In this document: piece after piece, positions 1 through 9,455 of the stretch
How positions within the stretch are numbered: the first letter of the stretch is position 1
Layout: every line of letters begins with the position of its first letter
Assembly: GCA_046597055.1 (NCBI GenBank)
Contig: JBKJLC010000060.1
Location: 1 to 47,977, forward strand
Reading direction: 5' to 3'
Source: Kofleriaceae bacterium
Lineage (GTDB): Bacteria > Myxococcota_A > Polyangia > Haliangiales > Haliangiaceae
DNA length: 47,977 nucleotides
Program-made: the position numbers and the translations under genes
Notes under the pieces: model-generated
What the model saw: the letters and a program-made list of their open reading frames with translations, nothing else
Databases searched by the model: none
Told to the model about the DNA's origin: nothing

Positions 1-114
1 ACCGATCTCATCATCGCCAACCTGCACCGGCTGGCGGCCAAGGCCAAGCTCGACCCCGACGCCATCGCGCTGCGCGAGCAGGCCGAGGCCAAGCTCCGCG
101 AGTTCTGCACCTGA
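1..114 (+). CDS. 3' end of an unknown protein (partial, runs off left edge)
   Basis: Frame 1 reads TDLIIANLHRLAAKAKLDPDAIALREQAEAKLREFCT* with strong GC3 codon bias; TGA at 112-114. Confidence 0.6.
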   Translation, partial: TDLIIANLHRLAAKAKLDPDAIALREQAEAKLREFCT

Positions 115-123
115 TCAAGCGAC

Positions 124-148
124 CGCGGCGCAGCGCGGCCGCGCCGCG
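124..148. terminator. GC-rich hairpin between convergent genes, possible terminator
   Basis: CGCGGCGC (124-131) / GCGCCGCG (141-148) perfect inverted repeat with a 9-nt loop; no U-tract. Confidence 0.3.
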
Positions 149-153
149 CGGAG

Positions 154-2142
154 CTACGCGAACTGCGCGTGGCCGACGATCAGGCGATCGATGTCGGCGT
201 AGTGGTCGGGCAGGATGTCGCCGCCGAAGCGGGCGGTCGACCGCGAGCGCCGGGCCAGCCAGTCGCGGCCGAGCAGGCGGTGGCTGGCGAAGTCGAAGTC
301 GCCGATGCGCTTGGACGCGACCGTGGTCTCGGCGCGCGGGCCCGAGCCGACCCCGCGCGCGACGTGGAAGCCGGCCGCGAGCAGCGACGACCGGACCGCG
401 GTCGAGCTGGTGAACGTCAAGAGCTCGGTCGGCCGGTCGAGGTACCCGAAGATGCGGCGGAAGGTCGCCAGCGACCACATCGAGTTGTTGGTCTTCGACG
501 AGAACGGGTCGTAGAAGATCACGTCGGGCGGGGCGTGGTCGGTGAACGTCGCCATGAAGTCGCCCTCGCACAGGGTCCAGGTCAGGTGCTCGCGGCGGAA
601 CACCCCGTCCTTGTGCAGCATGTGGGGCGCGGCGTGGCGCAGGTGCACGAACTCCTTCTGGCGGCTGATCGCCAGGCGGAACGCATCGAGGTCGGTCTCG
701 AAGCTGACCAGCTCGACCGGGGGATGCCCGGGCGCGCGATCGAGCGCGCGGATCAGCGCCATCGCGTTGTGGGCGGCGCCCAGCCCGACGTCCCAGACCA
801 CCAGCGGCCGCGGCTCGCCCTGGTTGCTCACCGCGCGCGCGATCGCCGCCGACTGGGCGACGTAGACCTGGTCGGCCTCGACGTCGGGGTGGTTGACCGA
901 GTGCATGATCTCCCCCGACGGGAGGTGCTGGATGCTCGAGAAGCCGTGGACCGACGTGTGGACCACGAAGCTGCCGCGGGTGAGCGGCGCCGGCGCGTGG
1001 CGCTTGGGGTGGCGGCCGGGCGGGTTGTCCTGGTCGGTCAGCGCCAGCGCGACCCGGCGCTCGGCGTAAAAGGCGGCGAAGGTGTCGGCGCGGATGTGGG
1101 CGCGGACCTCGGCCATGAGCTTCATGTAGAAGCGCAGGTTGTGGAACGACAGCAGCTGCCAGCCCAGCGGCTCCTTGCACTTGATCAGGTGGTGCAGGTA
1201 CGAGCGGCTGTACAGGCGGCACGCCTCGCAGTCGCAGGTGGTGTCGAGCGGCTGCTCGGCGAACTTGTGGACGCCGCGGGCCAGCTCGACCTTGCCGCGC
1301 GAGGTGAACACCACGCCCTGCTGCGACCACGCGGTCGGCAGGATGCAGTCGAACATGTCGACGCCGCGGTGGATCGCCTCGAGCAGATCGAGCGGCGTGC
1401 CCACGCCCATCAGGTAGCGCGGCCGGTTTTCGGGCAGGAGCCCGGTCGTGAGCTCGCAGATGTCCTCGCGCGCCGACTTGCCCTCGCCGACCGCGAGCCC
1501 GCCGATCGCGAAGCCGTCGAAGCCGTCGATCGCGGTCAGCGCGGCCGCGCTGGTGCGGCGCAGCTGCTCGAAGCACGCGCCCTGCACGATCGCGAACAGC
1601 TTCTGCGGCGAGTCGCCGCGGGCCGCCAGCGAGCGCTTGGCCCACCGGTGGGTCAGCTCCATCGCGTCGCGCGCCTGGGCGAACGAGCTGGTCGACGCGA
1701 TGCACTGGTCGAGCACCATCATCACGTCCGAGCCGATCGCGCGCTGCATCTGGATCGAGCGCTCCGGCGTCAGCAGCAGCAGCTTGCCGTCGACGTAGCT
1801 GCGGAACTCGGCGCCGTCTTCGCCCATCGAGCGCGCGTGCGGCAGCGAGAAGATCTGGAAGCCGCCCGAGTCGGTCAGGATCGGCCGGTCCCAGCCCATC
1901 CACTTGTGCAGCCCACCCATCCGCTCGAACACCTCGATGCCGGGTCGGACCAGCAGGTGATAGGTGTTGGCCAGCAGCACCGGGGCGTCGAGCTCGTGGA
2001 GCTGTGCCAGCGTCTGAGTGCGCACGGTGCCCCGGGTGCCGACCGGCATGAACATCGGGGTCTCTACCGCTCCGTGGAGCGTGGTCAGGGTCGCGGTCCG
2101 GGCGCGGGACCCGGTGGCGCGGGCGTGGACTTCGAATGTCAC
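154..2142 (-). CDS. tgt: tRNA-guanine(34) transglycosylase fused to a C-terminal MnmC-type SAM-dependent methyltransferase
   Basis: Tgt motifs: TPMFMPVGT, LANTYHL, TDSGGFQ, LDQC, IVQG, GGLAVGE, YLMGVG, DMFDC and the Zn site CDCEAC...HNL. The C-terminal ~280 aa has WDVGLGAAHN, SFETD, EGDF, DVIFYDPFS..N..MW and TFTSS..VRSSLLAAGF, collinear with the MnmC methyltransferase domain. Confidence 0.92.
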   Translation of the reverse strand: MTFEVHARATGSRARTATLTTLHGAVETPMFMPVGTRGTVRTQTLAQLHELDAPVLLANTYHLLVRPGIEVFERMGGLHKWMGWDRPILTDSGGFQIFSLPHARSMGEDGAEFRSYVDGKLLLLTPERSIQMQRAIGSDVMMVLDQCIASTSSFAQARDAMELTHRWAKRSLAARGDSPQKLFAIVQGACFEQLRRTSAAALTAIDGFDGFAIGGLAVGEGKSAREDICELTTGLLPENRPRYLMGVGTPLDLLEAIHRGVDMFDCILPTAWSQQGVVFTSRGKVELARGVHKFAEQPLDTTCDCEACRLYSRSYLHHLIKCKEPLGWQLLSFHNLRFYMKLMAEVRAHIRADTFAAFYAERRVALALTDQDNPPGRHPKRHAPAPLTRGSFVVHTSVHGFSSIQHLPSGEIMHSVNHPDVEADQVYVAQSAAIARAVSNQGEPRPLVVWDVGLGAAHNAMALIRALDRAPGHPPVELVSFETDLDAFRLAISRQKEFVHLRHAAPHMLHKDGVFRREHLTWTLCEGDFMATFTDHAPPDVIFYDPFSSKTNNSMWSLATFRRIFGYLDRPTELLTFTSSTAVRSSLLAAGFHVARGVGSGPRAETTVASKRIGDFDFASHRLLGRDWLARRSRSTARFGGDILPDHYADIDRLIVGHAQFA

Positions 2143-2156
2143 CGGCGTCTTTTAGC

Positions 2157-3005
2157 TCAAGCGAACGCCCGCCGATAGCGCGCGTTTATCCCCATGTACA
2201 GCGCGTAGGCGATGAGCCCGGCCGCCACGATCCCGAGGAGGACCGCGCCCCAGGTCTGCTGGAGGATCTCGCGGAGGGCGGCGTCGGTGCCGATCGCCTG
2301 GCGCGCGTTGGCGTCGAGCCCGGCCTTGATGAGGAGCCAGCCCGCGACCGGGAGCACGACCCCGCGGGCGGCGATGCCGAACCGGCTGATGCGGATGAGC
2401 CAGGTCTCCTCGGTGGCCGACATCTCGTGGGTCTTCAGCTTCTTGCGGAACTTGACGGTGTACGCCTTCACCAGCTGGGAGATGCCGAACGCGATCACCC
2501 CGGCGCCGATCGCCATGATCAGCCAGTCGCCGCCGTCGGACTGCAGCGCCCGCTGGAGCCAGCCGCGCTTGCCGTCGCCGCCGGCCGTGCCGGCGACGGT
2601 CTGGAAGCAGTTGATCGACAGGAACGCCGCCAGCAGGCCGCCGCCGACCGCGCCGATCCGCTTGCCGATCCGCTTCAGCGGCTTGTCGTCGTGGTGCGGG
2701 GAGAAGGCGGCCTCGGCGAAGCGCCACAGCGCGTGGCAGGCCAGGCCGACGCCGAGGACCAGGAGCAAGATCTGGCCGAACGGCTGCTTCTTCACCTCGC
2801 GGGCCGCCTCCTCGTTGCCGAGCAGCGCGCCGCCCTCGCCGAGCGCGAGCCTGAGGGCGAAGATGCCGATGACCGCGTAGACGACACCCTTGGCGACGAA
2901 GCCGAAAGTCGCCGCGTGGTCCATCCACTTGCTGTTGGCAGCGCGCTCCGCCCCGTGCTTCACGGTGTCGATGGTGGTCACGTTCTCAGCAGTTGCAGTC
3001 ACCAT
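2157..3005 (-). CDS. DUF1206 family membrane protein
   Basis: Repeated GFVAKGVVY / GIAARGVV hydrophobic units with QPFG / QTWG..LL motifs. ATG at 3005 chosen because a sigma54-like motif lies upstream. Confidence 0.8.
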   Translation of the reverse strand: MVTATAENVTTIDTVKHGAERAANSKWMDHAATFGFVAKGVVYAVIGIFALRLALGEGGALLGNEEAAREVKKQPFGQILLLVLGVGLACHALWRFAEAAFSPHHDDKPLKRIGKRIGAVGGGLLAAFLSINCFQTVAGTAGGDGKRGWLQRALQSDGGDWLIMAIGAGVIAFGISQLVKAYTVKFRKKLKTHEMSATEETWLIRISRFGIAARGVVLPVAGWLLIKAGLDANARQAIGTDAALREILQQTWGAVLLGIVAAGLIAYALYMGINARYRRAFA

Positions 3006-3025
3006 GCCGTCGCACATCGCGGAGT

Positions 3026-3041
3026 TGCAGCGTGGTGGCCA
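3026..3041 (-). promoter_or_regulatory. sigma54-type -24/-12 promoter candidate for the DUF1206 gene
   Basis: Minus strand TGGCCACCACGCTGCA (GG-N10-GC, ends TGCA), 20 nt before the ATG at 3005. Confidence 0.45.
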
Positions 3042-3275
3042 CTCGATCCGAGGCGGACATGTCACACAGAGCGCCTCTGCCACGACCTGGCCCAGGGCGC
3101 GGGAGTGGGGCGAACCTGCGAACGGCACCGGAGTTTCGCGCGTCTAGGTATCGGCGTTAGCAGGTAATACGAGAAAATATGGCCGAGGGCTGCCGCGCGG
3201 GCCGCAGCCGCCGGTTGGCCGATCGGGCGGCGCCGCGCGCGTGAACCCGACCGGCGCTTGGCGTAGGGTCGGCCG

Positions 3276-3782
3276 ATGTACTTCGAGACCTTCCGTCAGA
3301 TGAAGAAGATGCTCGGCCAGCTCGACAAGTGGCTCGACGCCGCCGCGACGTTCGCCGCCGAGAAGAAGATCGAGCCGGAGCGGTTCCTCGGCTTCCGGCT
3401 GGCGCCCGATCAGTTCGCGTTCGCCCGCCAGATCCAGGTCGCGTGCGACACCGCCAAGCTCGGCGCCGCGCGGCTCACCGGCAAGGAGGCGCCGGTGCAC
3501 GACGACAAGGAGACCACCCTCGCCGAGCTGCAGACCCGGGTCCGCGGCATGGTCGACTACCTCGACCAGCTGACGGCCAAGGACTTCGAGACCGCCGCCA
3601 CCCGCGTCATCACCCAGCCGCGCTGGAACGGCAAGGTGATGTCGGGCGAGGACTACTTCCTCGAGCACGTCACCCCGAACTTCTTCTTCCACCTCACGCA
3701 CGTCTACGCGATCCTCCGCCACAACGGCGTGCCGGTCGGCAAGCGCGACTACCTGGGCACGCTCACCCAGCGCGACGGCTGA
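3276..3782 (+). CDS. DUF1993 family protein (DinB-like fold)
   Basis: RLAPDQF..ARQIQ.ACD.AK and PNFFFHLTHVYAILRHNGVPVGKRDYLG signatures; TAGGGT -10-like box 6 nt before the ATG. Confidence 0.9.
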   Translation: MYFETFRQMKKMLGQLDKWLDAAATFAAEKKIEPERFLGFRLAPDQFAFARQIQVACDTAKLGAARLTGKEAPVHDDKETTLAELQTRVRGMVDYLDQLTAKDFETAATRVITQPRWNGKVMSGEDYFLEHVTPNFFFHLTHVYAILRHNGVPVGKRDYLGTLTQRDG

Positions 3783-3789
3783 TCGCGCG

Positions 3790-5583
3790 TCAGCGGGTCA
3801 GCTCGACCAGGCCGCGCCGGGTCGCGATCCAGGTGGTGCCGCCGGTGCGCAGCGAGGCGGTGACGTCCTTGCCGGGCAGGCCGGTGGCGGTGGTCCAGGT
3901 CGCGGTGAGCCCGTCGCCGCTGCGCAGGCCGTCCATGGTCGCGGCGTACAGGCGGTCGCCGTCCCAGCGCAGGCCGCCCGGGTTGATCCAGCCGTCGCCG
4001 AGCTGGGTCGGTGCGATCGCGGCGTCGGCGGCGCCGAGCGCGAACCGGGTCACGCCGCCGTTGTAGGTGCCCGCGAACACGGCGCGGTCGTGCCCGACCA
4101 GCGCGGTCACCCAGTCGTCGCGCAGGTGCCCGCCGGCGACCGAGAACCGCTGCCAGCCCGGGTCGAGCGCGGCGTCGTCCTTGCCGGCGTGCGCCACGCT
4201 CGGCCCCCGGTACAGGCCGGTGGTGGTGCCGAGCCACAGGCCGCCGTCGCCGTCCTCGGCGATCGCCCACACGTTCCCGATGTCGCGCGGGCCCACCCGC
4301 ACCGGGCCACCTGCGCCGATGACGACCGCGCCACCCGAGGTGCCAGCGACGATGCGCCCGTCGCGGAGCCGGGCCAGCGCGAGCACGTTGCGGCCGGGCA
4401 GGCCGTCGCGCCGGGTCAGCCGGCGCACGTCGTCGCCGTCGAGCGTCATCAGGCCGGCGGCGGTCGCGATCCAGATCCGCGCGGCCGCGCCGGGGCGAGG
4501 CTCGACCACGAGCGCGTTGACCCGCGCGTCGAGGTCGGGGTGCGCGACCACCCGCCAGCCGCCGCGCTCGCGCACGGCCAGGCCGCGATCGAAGGTGCCG
4601 ACCCACAGGCGCGCGCCGTCGCTGGCCAGCGCCGACACGTCGTTCGAGGGCGGGCCGGCCGCCGACGCGACCCGGGTCCAGCCGGCGCCCCGGTCAGGCC
4701 GGAGCCACACGCCGTCGAGCCCACCGGCGCAGGCCGCGCCGCCGGCGCCACCGGCGGCCGCCTGGGCCATCACCAGACCGTCCGGTCCACCGGACAGTCG
4801 GGTCAGGCGACCGCGATCGACCCGGGCCAGGCCGTCGCCCATGCTGGCGACCACGATGGTGTCGTCGAGCGCGGTCACCCGGCGCAGCTCGCCGCCGCCG
4901 TAGCCGACGCTCCGGTCGCCGGTGCGCACGTGCAGGCCGCCGGCCCCGGCGATCCACAGCCGGTCGCCCGCGCCGTGCAGCGACGCGATCCCGGCCGCGG
5001 CGTCGCCGGCGACGACCCGGGCGAGCTTGCCCGCGGTCAGGCGGTGGAGGCCGTCGCTGGTCGCCACCCACAGCGTGCCGCCGGCGACCGCGAGCGCGGC
5101 CACCCGGGCGTGGTTGCCGCCGCGGGTGAACTTGACCGGCGTGACCGTGCCGCGGGCATCGACGCGCAGGACGCCGCCGCCCCAGGTCGCCAGGTAGACG
5201 TGGGCGCCGAACCGCGCGACGTCGCGCACCGGCTTGCTCGCCAGCGCCTGCACGATCGTCAGCCGGTCGCCGACGAGCCGGGCCCGGGCCGCGCCGGCGT
5301 CGGTGCCGATCCACAGGGCGTCGCCGTCCATCGCCAGCGCGTCGATGCGGGTGCCGGGCAACCCGTCGCTCGCCGTCCACACCGCGCGGGTGGTGCCGGC
5401 GCCGTCGATCCGGATCAAGCCGCCGCCGGTCCCGATCAGCGCGCCGCCCCCGTCGAGCGGGAGGCAAGCGCGGGCCTCGCCGGTGTGGCCGTGCACGCGG
5501 GGGCTCGGCGCGGCGACCGCGCCCGGAGCGCTCATCGCCGCGCCCACCAGGACCACCGCCGCGGTGACGACCGACCGGCTCAC
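3790..5583 (-). CDS. Secreted multi-blade beta-propeller protein (Reg_prop / ligand-binding sensor-like, no kinase domain)
   Basis: Signal peptide, then repeated DGLP...I.AL..DG..LWIGT..G blades. GTG start overlaps the upstream TGA (GTGA, 5580-5583). Confidence 0.75.
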   Translation of the reverse strand: MSRSVVTAAVVLVGAAMSAPGAVAAPSPRVHGHTGEARACLPLDGGGALIGTGGGLIRIDGAGTTRAVWTASDGLPGTRIDALAMDGDALWIGTDAGAARARLVGDRLTIVQALASKPVRDVARFGAHVYLATWGGGVLRVDARGTVTPVKFTRGGNHARVAALAVAGGTLWVATSDGLHRLTAGKLARVVAGDAAAGIASLHGAGDRLWIAGAGGLHVRTGDRSVGYGGGELRRVTALDDTIVVASMGDGLARVDRGRLTRLSGGPDGLVMAQAAAGGAGGAACAGGLDGVWLRPDRGAGWTRVASAAGPPSNDVSALASDGARLWVGTFDRGLAVRERGGWRVVAHPDLDARVNALVVEPRPGAAARIWIATAAGLMTLDGDDVRRLTRRDGLPGRNVLALARLRDGRIVAGTSGGAVVIGAGGPVRVGPRDIGNVWAIAEDGDGGLWLGTTTGLYRGPSVAHAGKDDAALDPGWQRFSVAGGHLRDDWVTALVGHDRAVFAGTYNGGVTRFALGAADAAIAPTQLGDGWINPGGLRWDGDRLYAATMDGLRSGDGLTATWTTATGLPGKDVTASLRTGGTTWIATRRGLVELTR

Positions 5584-8312
5584 GGTGCGACCGTGAGCTC
5601 GCGGGTGGCCAGGTTGAGCGCGCGGTCGCGCGCCACTACCCGCAGGGTCACCGGCGCCGGCAGCACGCCGGTCACCCACACCGCCTCGAACTTGCCCCAC
5701 GAGGTCTGCGCGAGCACCAGCAGCTGGCCGTCGGGCAGCACCAGCTCGACCTGGTCGGCGTCGCGGCGCGCCTCGCCGCGCTGGCGGGCCCGGATCCGGT
5801 AGCCACCGGCGACGCGGGTCGCCGACAGCTCGACCGCGGGCGCCACGGTGTCGACCGTGTAGCCGAGGTGGAGCACCTCGACCCGACCGTCGGCGTGCGT
5901 GATCGCGACCCGGACCTGGTACCCGCCATCGGCGGTGTCCTTGTCGATCAGGAAGCGGACCATCCACGCCGCCAGGTCGCCGTCCCACACCGCCTGCTTG
6001 GTCTCGCCGAAGGGAAAGGTCACCACCACCGAGACCGCGTCGCGCGGCGCCGGGATCTTGATCTCGGGATCGCCGGGCTGGATCTCGTCGGGGCTGAGGC
6101 TGGCCTGGCGGGCGCCGAGGTTGTCGAGGTCGCCGCCGGTGACCTGCGGCGCCTGGGCCAGCTGCTCCTCGGCGTGCTTGCGCTCGATCTGGTGCTGCCG
6201 GTAGGCGTCGTCGTTCTCGAGCACGAGCAGCGAGGTGTAGCGGCTCATCACGCCCGCCTCCTGGCTGAGCTTCACGATCTCGTCGCGCGGCGCGCCGCGG
6301 GCCTCGAGCGCGGCGAGCTGGCGCGCGGCCCAGCGCTGGCCGACCCGCGGCACCGCCACCGCCGACGCGAGCGACACCCGCTGCCGGTACGGCTGGCCAC
6401 CCGCGACGCCGACCAGCGTGACCTCGGCCGGCGCCGGCTCGCCGGCCGGCGTGCGGATCACGGCGAGCAGGTCGTCGCCCGCGTACACGGTGGTCGCGTG
6501 ATCGGGGAACACCGCGGCGCCGCTCGGCGCCTCGACCCGCGCGCTGGCCAGCCGCGGCACCGCGCGGGCGTGGACCGCGGCGAGGGCGAACCGGCGCGCG
6601 TCGATCGAGCGGGTGACCATCATCGCCCGGCCGCCGGTGCGGCCGGCCAGGTCGCGCCAGGGCGCCGCGGCCGCGCCCTTGCCGAGCAGCGCCGCGTGGA
6701 TCGGCGCGCCGATCGCGTCGGCCTTCGCGGCCAGGGCCGGGCCGTCGCGGTCACCCCAGGTCGCGATGCCGTCGCCGATGTACAGCACGTCGGTCGGGTG
6801 CAGCGCGGCGGCCGCGGTCAGCGCCGCGCCCAGATCGCTGGCGCCGTCGGGCTCGATCGCCGCGACGAACCCGAGCGCCGCGGTCTGCGCTGCCGGCGCC
6901 GCCGCGACGAAGTCCGCGCTGCTGGGCGTGACCGCCACGTCGCTGGCGAGCACCACGAAGCGGTCGCCCGGCGCCAGCTCGCCCAGGGTCGTCCGCAACA
7001 GCTCCAGCGCCAGGGGCCGGCTCTCGAGCGTGCTGCGCGAGGTGTCGAACACCACCGCGACCCGCCGCTCGCCGGTCGGCGCGGCCGGCACCGACATCCC
7101 GGCCGCGGCCGGCGTGATCCGCACCGCGGTGTAGACGCCGTCGGTGCGCACCTCGCGCATGACGACCGGCACCTGGCTGGCCGCGACCGGCACGGTGAGA
7201 TCGAGGCCCTGGTGGACCGCCTGCTCGCGCGCCGCGACCTTGCCATCGACGGTCACGGTCAGCTCGCCGATCGTCGTGCCCAGGTCGGGCCGGCCGAGCG
7301 CGAAGTCGTACTCCCAGCGGTCGGCGCGGTGGACGAGCGGCGTGAGGTAGCGGATGACGACCCGCTTGTCGTGCCGGCCCTCGATCGGGAACACCCGCAG
7401 CTTGAACCAGTTGCCCTGCTCCCACTCGAGTAGCGCCGGGTCCTGCATCTCGTCGACGATCTGCTGGTAGGTCGCGCGCGCCTTTTCGCGCTCGACGATC
7501 TCGCCCTCGACCAGGCGGCCGTTGATCTCCATCGCCATGCCGATCAACATCCCGCCCTCGGGCACCGGGAAGCGGAACGTGCCCTCGCGGGTCTCGCCGG
7601 CCGGGTTGAAGAACACGTGCTCGACCTCGGTCACCGCCAGATCACCGGCGGTGTGGACGTCGACCGCGACCCGGCGCAGCACCAGCGGCTCGCTGTGCTG
7701 GTCGTCGATCCGCGCCTCGAGCTTGCCGACCCCGGCGCCCAGCTCGGCCTGCTCGAGGTCGAGGCTCCAGTCGGCCAGCTCGGGCCGCGCGCCGGTCGCG
7801 ATCAGCTCGGTTTGTCCGGTGGCCGCCGCGGCCAGCAGGAAGTCGCCGGTGACCGGCCGGGCGGCGCCGCCGAGGTCGACGAACACCGGCAGCGCGGCCT
7901 CGCCGCGGCGCAGCCGGGCCTCGCCGGCGAGCACCGCGACGTGCACGCCGCCGCGGTCGTCCTGCCCGAGCCGCACGTGGCTGCCGGCGCGCAGCCACAG
8001 CCGGCCGGCGGCATCGCCGGCGCCGAGCGCGACGATCGCGCCCTGGCGCGCGACCTTCAGCTCGCGAACGCGGGCGGAGGTGGCCCCGGCGGCAAGCGGT
8101 CGCCAGGCGCGGTCGTGCAGCACCGCCAGCTCCCCGCGCGCGGTCAGCACCGCCAGCTCGAGGCCGAGCGGGCCGCTGGCGCGGACGGCGACCGCCGGCC
8201 CGATGCCGGGCAGGTCGTGGTCGGCGTGACGCGGGACCGGCGCGGACCCGCACCCGATCAGGAGAGCACCCAGCGCGCCCCAGCGGCGCGGACTCGACCG
8301 GAGCGAGCTCAT
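5580..8312 (-). CDS. VIT + von Willebrand factor A domain lipoprotein
   Basis: Lipobox-like LLIGC; VIT motifs (EHVFFN, EGTFRFPVP, EREKARATY, DPALLEW, LRVFPI); MIDAS-like DTSRS; C-terminal SRYTSLLVLE. ATGA overlap with the upstream gene. Confidence 0.85.
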   Translation of the reverse strand: MSSLRSSPRRWGALGALLIGCGSAPVPRHADHDLPGIGPAVAVRASGPLGLELAVLTARGELAVLHDRAWRPLAAGATSARVRELKVARQGAIVALGAGDAAGRLWLRAGSHVRLGQDDRGGVHVAVLAGEARLRRGEAALPVFVDLGGAARPVTGDFLLAAAATGQTELIATGARPELADWSLDLEQAELGAGVGKLEARIDDQHSEPLVLRRVAVDVHTAGDLAVTEVEHVFFNPAGETREGTFRFPVPEGGMLIGMAMEINGRLVEGEIVEREKARATYQQIVDEMQDPALLEWEQGNWFKLRVFPIEGRHDKRVVIRYLTPLVHRADRWEYDFALGRPDLGTTIGELTVTVDGKVAAREQAVHQGLDLTVPVAASQVPVVMREVRTDGVYTAVRITPAAAGMSVPAAPTGERRVAVVFDTSRSTLESRPLALELLRTTLGELAPGDRFVVLASDVAVTPSSADFVAAAPAAQTAALGFVAAIEPDGASDLGAALTAAAALHPTDVLYIGDGIATWGDRDGPALAAKADAIGAPIHAALLGKGAAAAPWRDLAGRTGGRAMMVTRSIDARRFALAAVHARAVPRLASARVEAPSGAAVFPDHATTVYAGDDLLAVIRTPAGEPAPAEVTLVGVAGGQPYRQRVSLASAVAVPRVGQRWAARQLAALEARGAPRDEIVKLSQEAGVMSRYTSLLVLENDDAYRQHQIERKHAEEQLAQAPQVTGGDLDNLGARQASLSPDEIQPGDPEIKIPAPRDAVSVVVTFPFGETKQAVWDGDLAAWMVRFLIDKDTADGGYQVRVAITHADGRVEVLHLGYTVDTVAPAVELSATRVAGGYRIRARQRGEARRDADQVELVLPDGQLLVLAQTSWGKFEAVWVTGVLPAPVTLRVVARDRALNLATRELTVAP

Positions 8313-9427
8313 CGCGAACCTTCCTTGGCGACGTCGATGCGCGCCACCGTGACGGTCTGACCCTTGGTGAAGAGGCGATAGGGCAGGACGTGCTTCTGCT
8401 CGCCGGGCTTGCCCTCGTCGAGCACGATCACGACCTCACCGCGCGCCTCGGAGAAGTTGCTGCGGCCGACGCCGTAGTAATTGACCTGCACCAGATAGGC
8501 GCCCGGCCGGGCCGCCGGGGCGGTGAAGCTCTCGGGGCCGTAGCCGGTCGTGACGTCGTCATACAAGGCCTCGCCGAACTGACCCTGCTTGTGCTGGTAA
8601 TTGACCTTCTCGCCGGCCGGGTTGGTCACCCAGAGATCGACGTCGCTGCGATCGGTGTCCCAGGTCAGGTACACCTTGATGTCGTTCTCGCTGCCACCGG
8701 CCAGGGCCAGCCCGTCGATCGTCGCGACCAGGGCGTCGGCGGTCGCGCGGTCGCCGTCGGCGCGCGCGTCACGGGCCTGCTGGTGATAGATCTGCGCCAG
8801 GCGCTGACGCGCGGGATACCGCACGGCCTCGGCGGTGCTCTTGTCGGCGACCAGCGCCTCGAACCGCGCGCGGGCCTCGGCCACCTCGCCCAGCCGGTAC
8901 GCGACATCGGCCAGCTCGAACCCGAGCCTGCGATCGTCGGGGCTGAGCGCGGCGGCGTCGCCGAGCCGCTGGTAGGCGCCTTTCAGATCGCCGGCCTGCT
9001 TGAGCACGCTGGCGAGCGCGCGCTGGGCGCCGGCGTCCAGGGGCAGCAGCTCGACCACCGCGGAGTAGGCGCGCCGGGCCTGGTCGCGCTGGCCGAGCTC
9101 GCTGTAGAGGTCGCCGATCAAGCGGACCACGACCAGGTTGTACGCGTCGATCGCGCGCCACGCGCGGGCGGCCGCCAGCGCCTCGTCGAGCTTGCCGGCG
9201 CGGGTCAGGCCGCGCACCAGCGCGAACTGCACCTCGCGATCCTTGGGCGTGCGGGCGACCGAGGCGCGCAGGGCGATCAGGTCGGCGTCGCTCGCGCCGG
9301 CGCGTGGGCCGCCCGGCTCACGCTCGCCGGGGTGGAGGGTCAACCGTGGGGCTGCCGCCGGCCGGGCTCCCGCCGGGGCCGCCGCGACGACGACCCCCAC
9401 TGCACACACCGTTGCCATGGTCCGCAT
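8309..9427 (-). CDS. TPR-repeat + DUF2135 (YfaP-like) exported protein
   Basis: Signal peptide, TPR helices, then IKVYLTWDTDRSDVDLWVTNP...DVTTGYGPE...YLVQVNYYG. Alternative starts at 9439 or 9418. Confidence 0.82.
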   Translation of the reverse strand: MRTMATVCAVGVVVAAAPAGARPAAAPRLTLHPGEREPGGPRAGASDADLIALRASVARTPKDREVQFALVRGLTRAGKLDEALAAARAWRAIDAYNLVVVRLIGDLYSELGQRDQARRAYSAVVELLPLDAGAQRALASVLKQAGDLKGAYQRLGDAAALSPDDRRLGFELADVAYRLGEVAEARARFEALVADKSTAEAVRYPARQRLAQIYHQQARDARADGDRATADALVATIDGLALAGGSENDIKVYLTWDTDRSDVDLWVTNPAGEKVNYQHKQGQFGEALYDDVTTGYGPESFTAPAARPGAYLVQVNYYGVGRSNFSEARGEVVIVLDEGKPGEQKHVLPYRLFTKGQTVTVARIDVAKEGSR

Positions 9428-9439
9428 GGCCCGACGCAT

Positions 9440-9455
9440 TGCACCGGCCACGCCA
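9440..9455 (-). promoter_or_regulatory. sigma54-type -24/-12 promoter candidate
   Basis: Minus strand TGGCGTGGCCGGTGCA, 12 nt before the ATG at 9427. Confidence 0.5.

Noticed and set aside
154..2142. Tgt-like gene as a DpdA DNA-modification (defence) system
   Set aside because: The sequence is close to tRNA-type bacterial Tgt with an intact Zn site, and no dpd or preQ0-synthesis genes are nearby.
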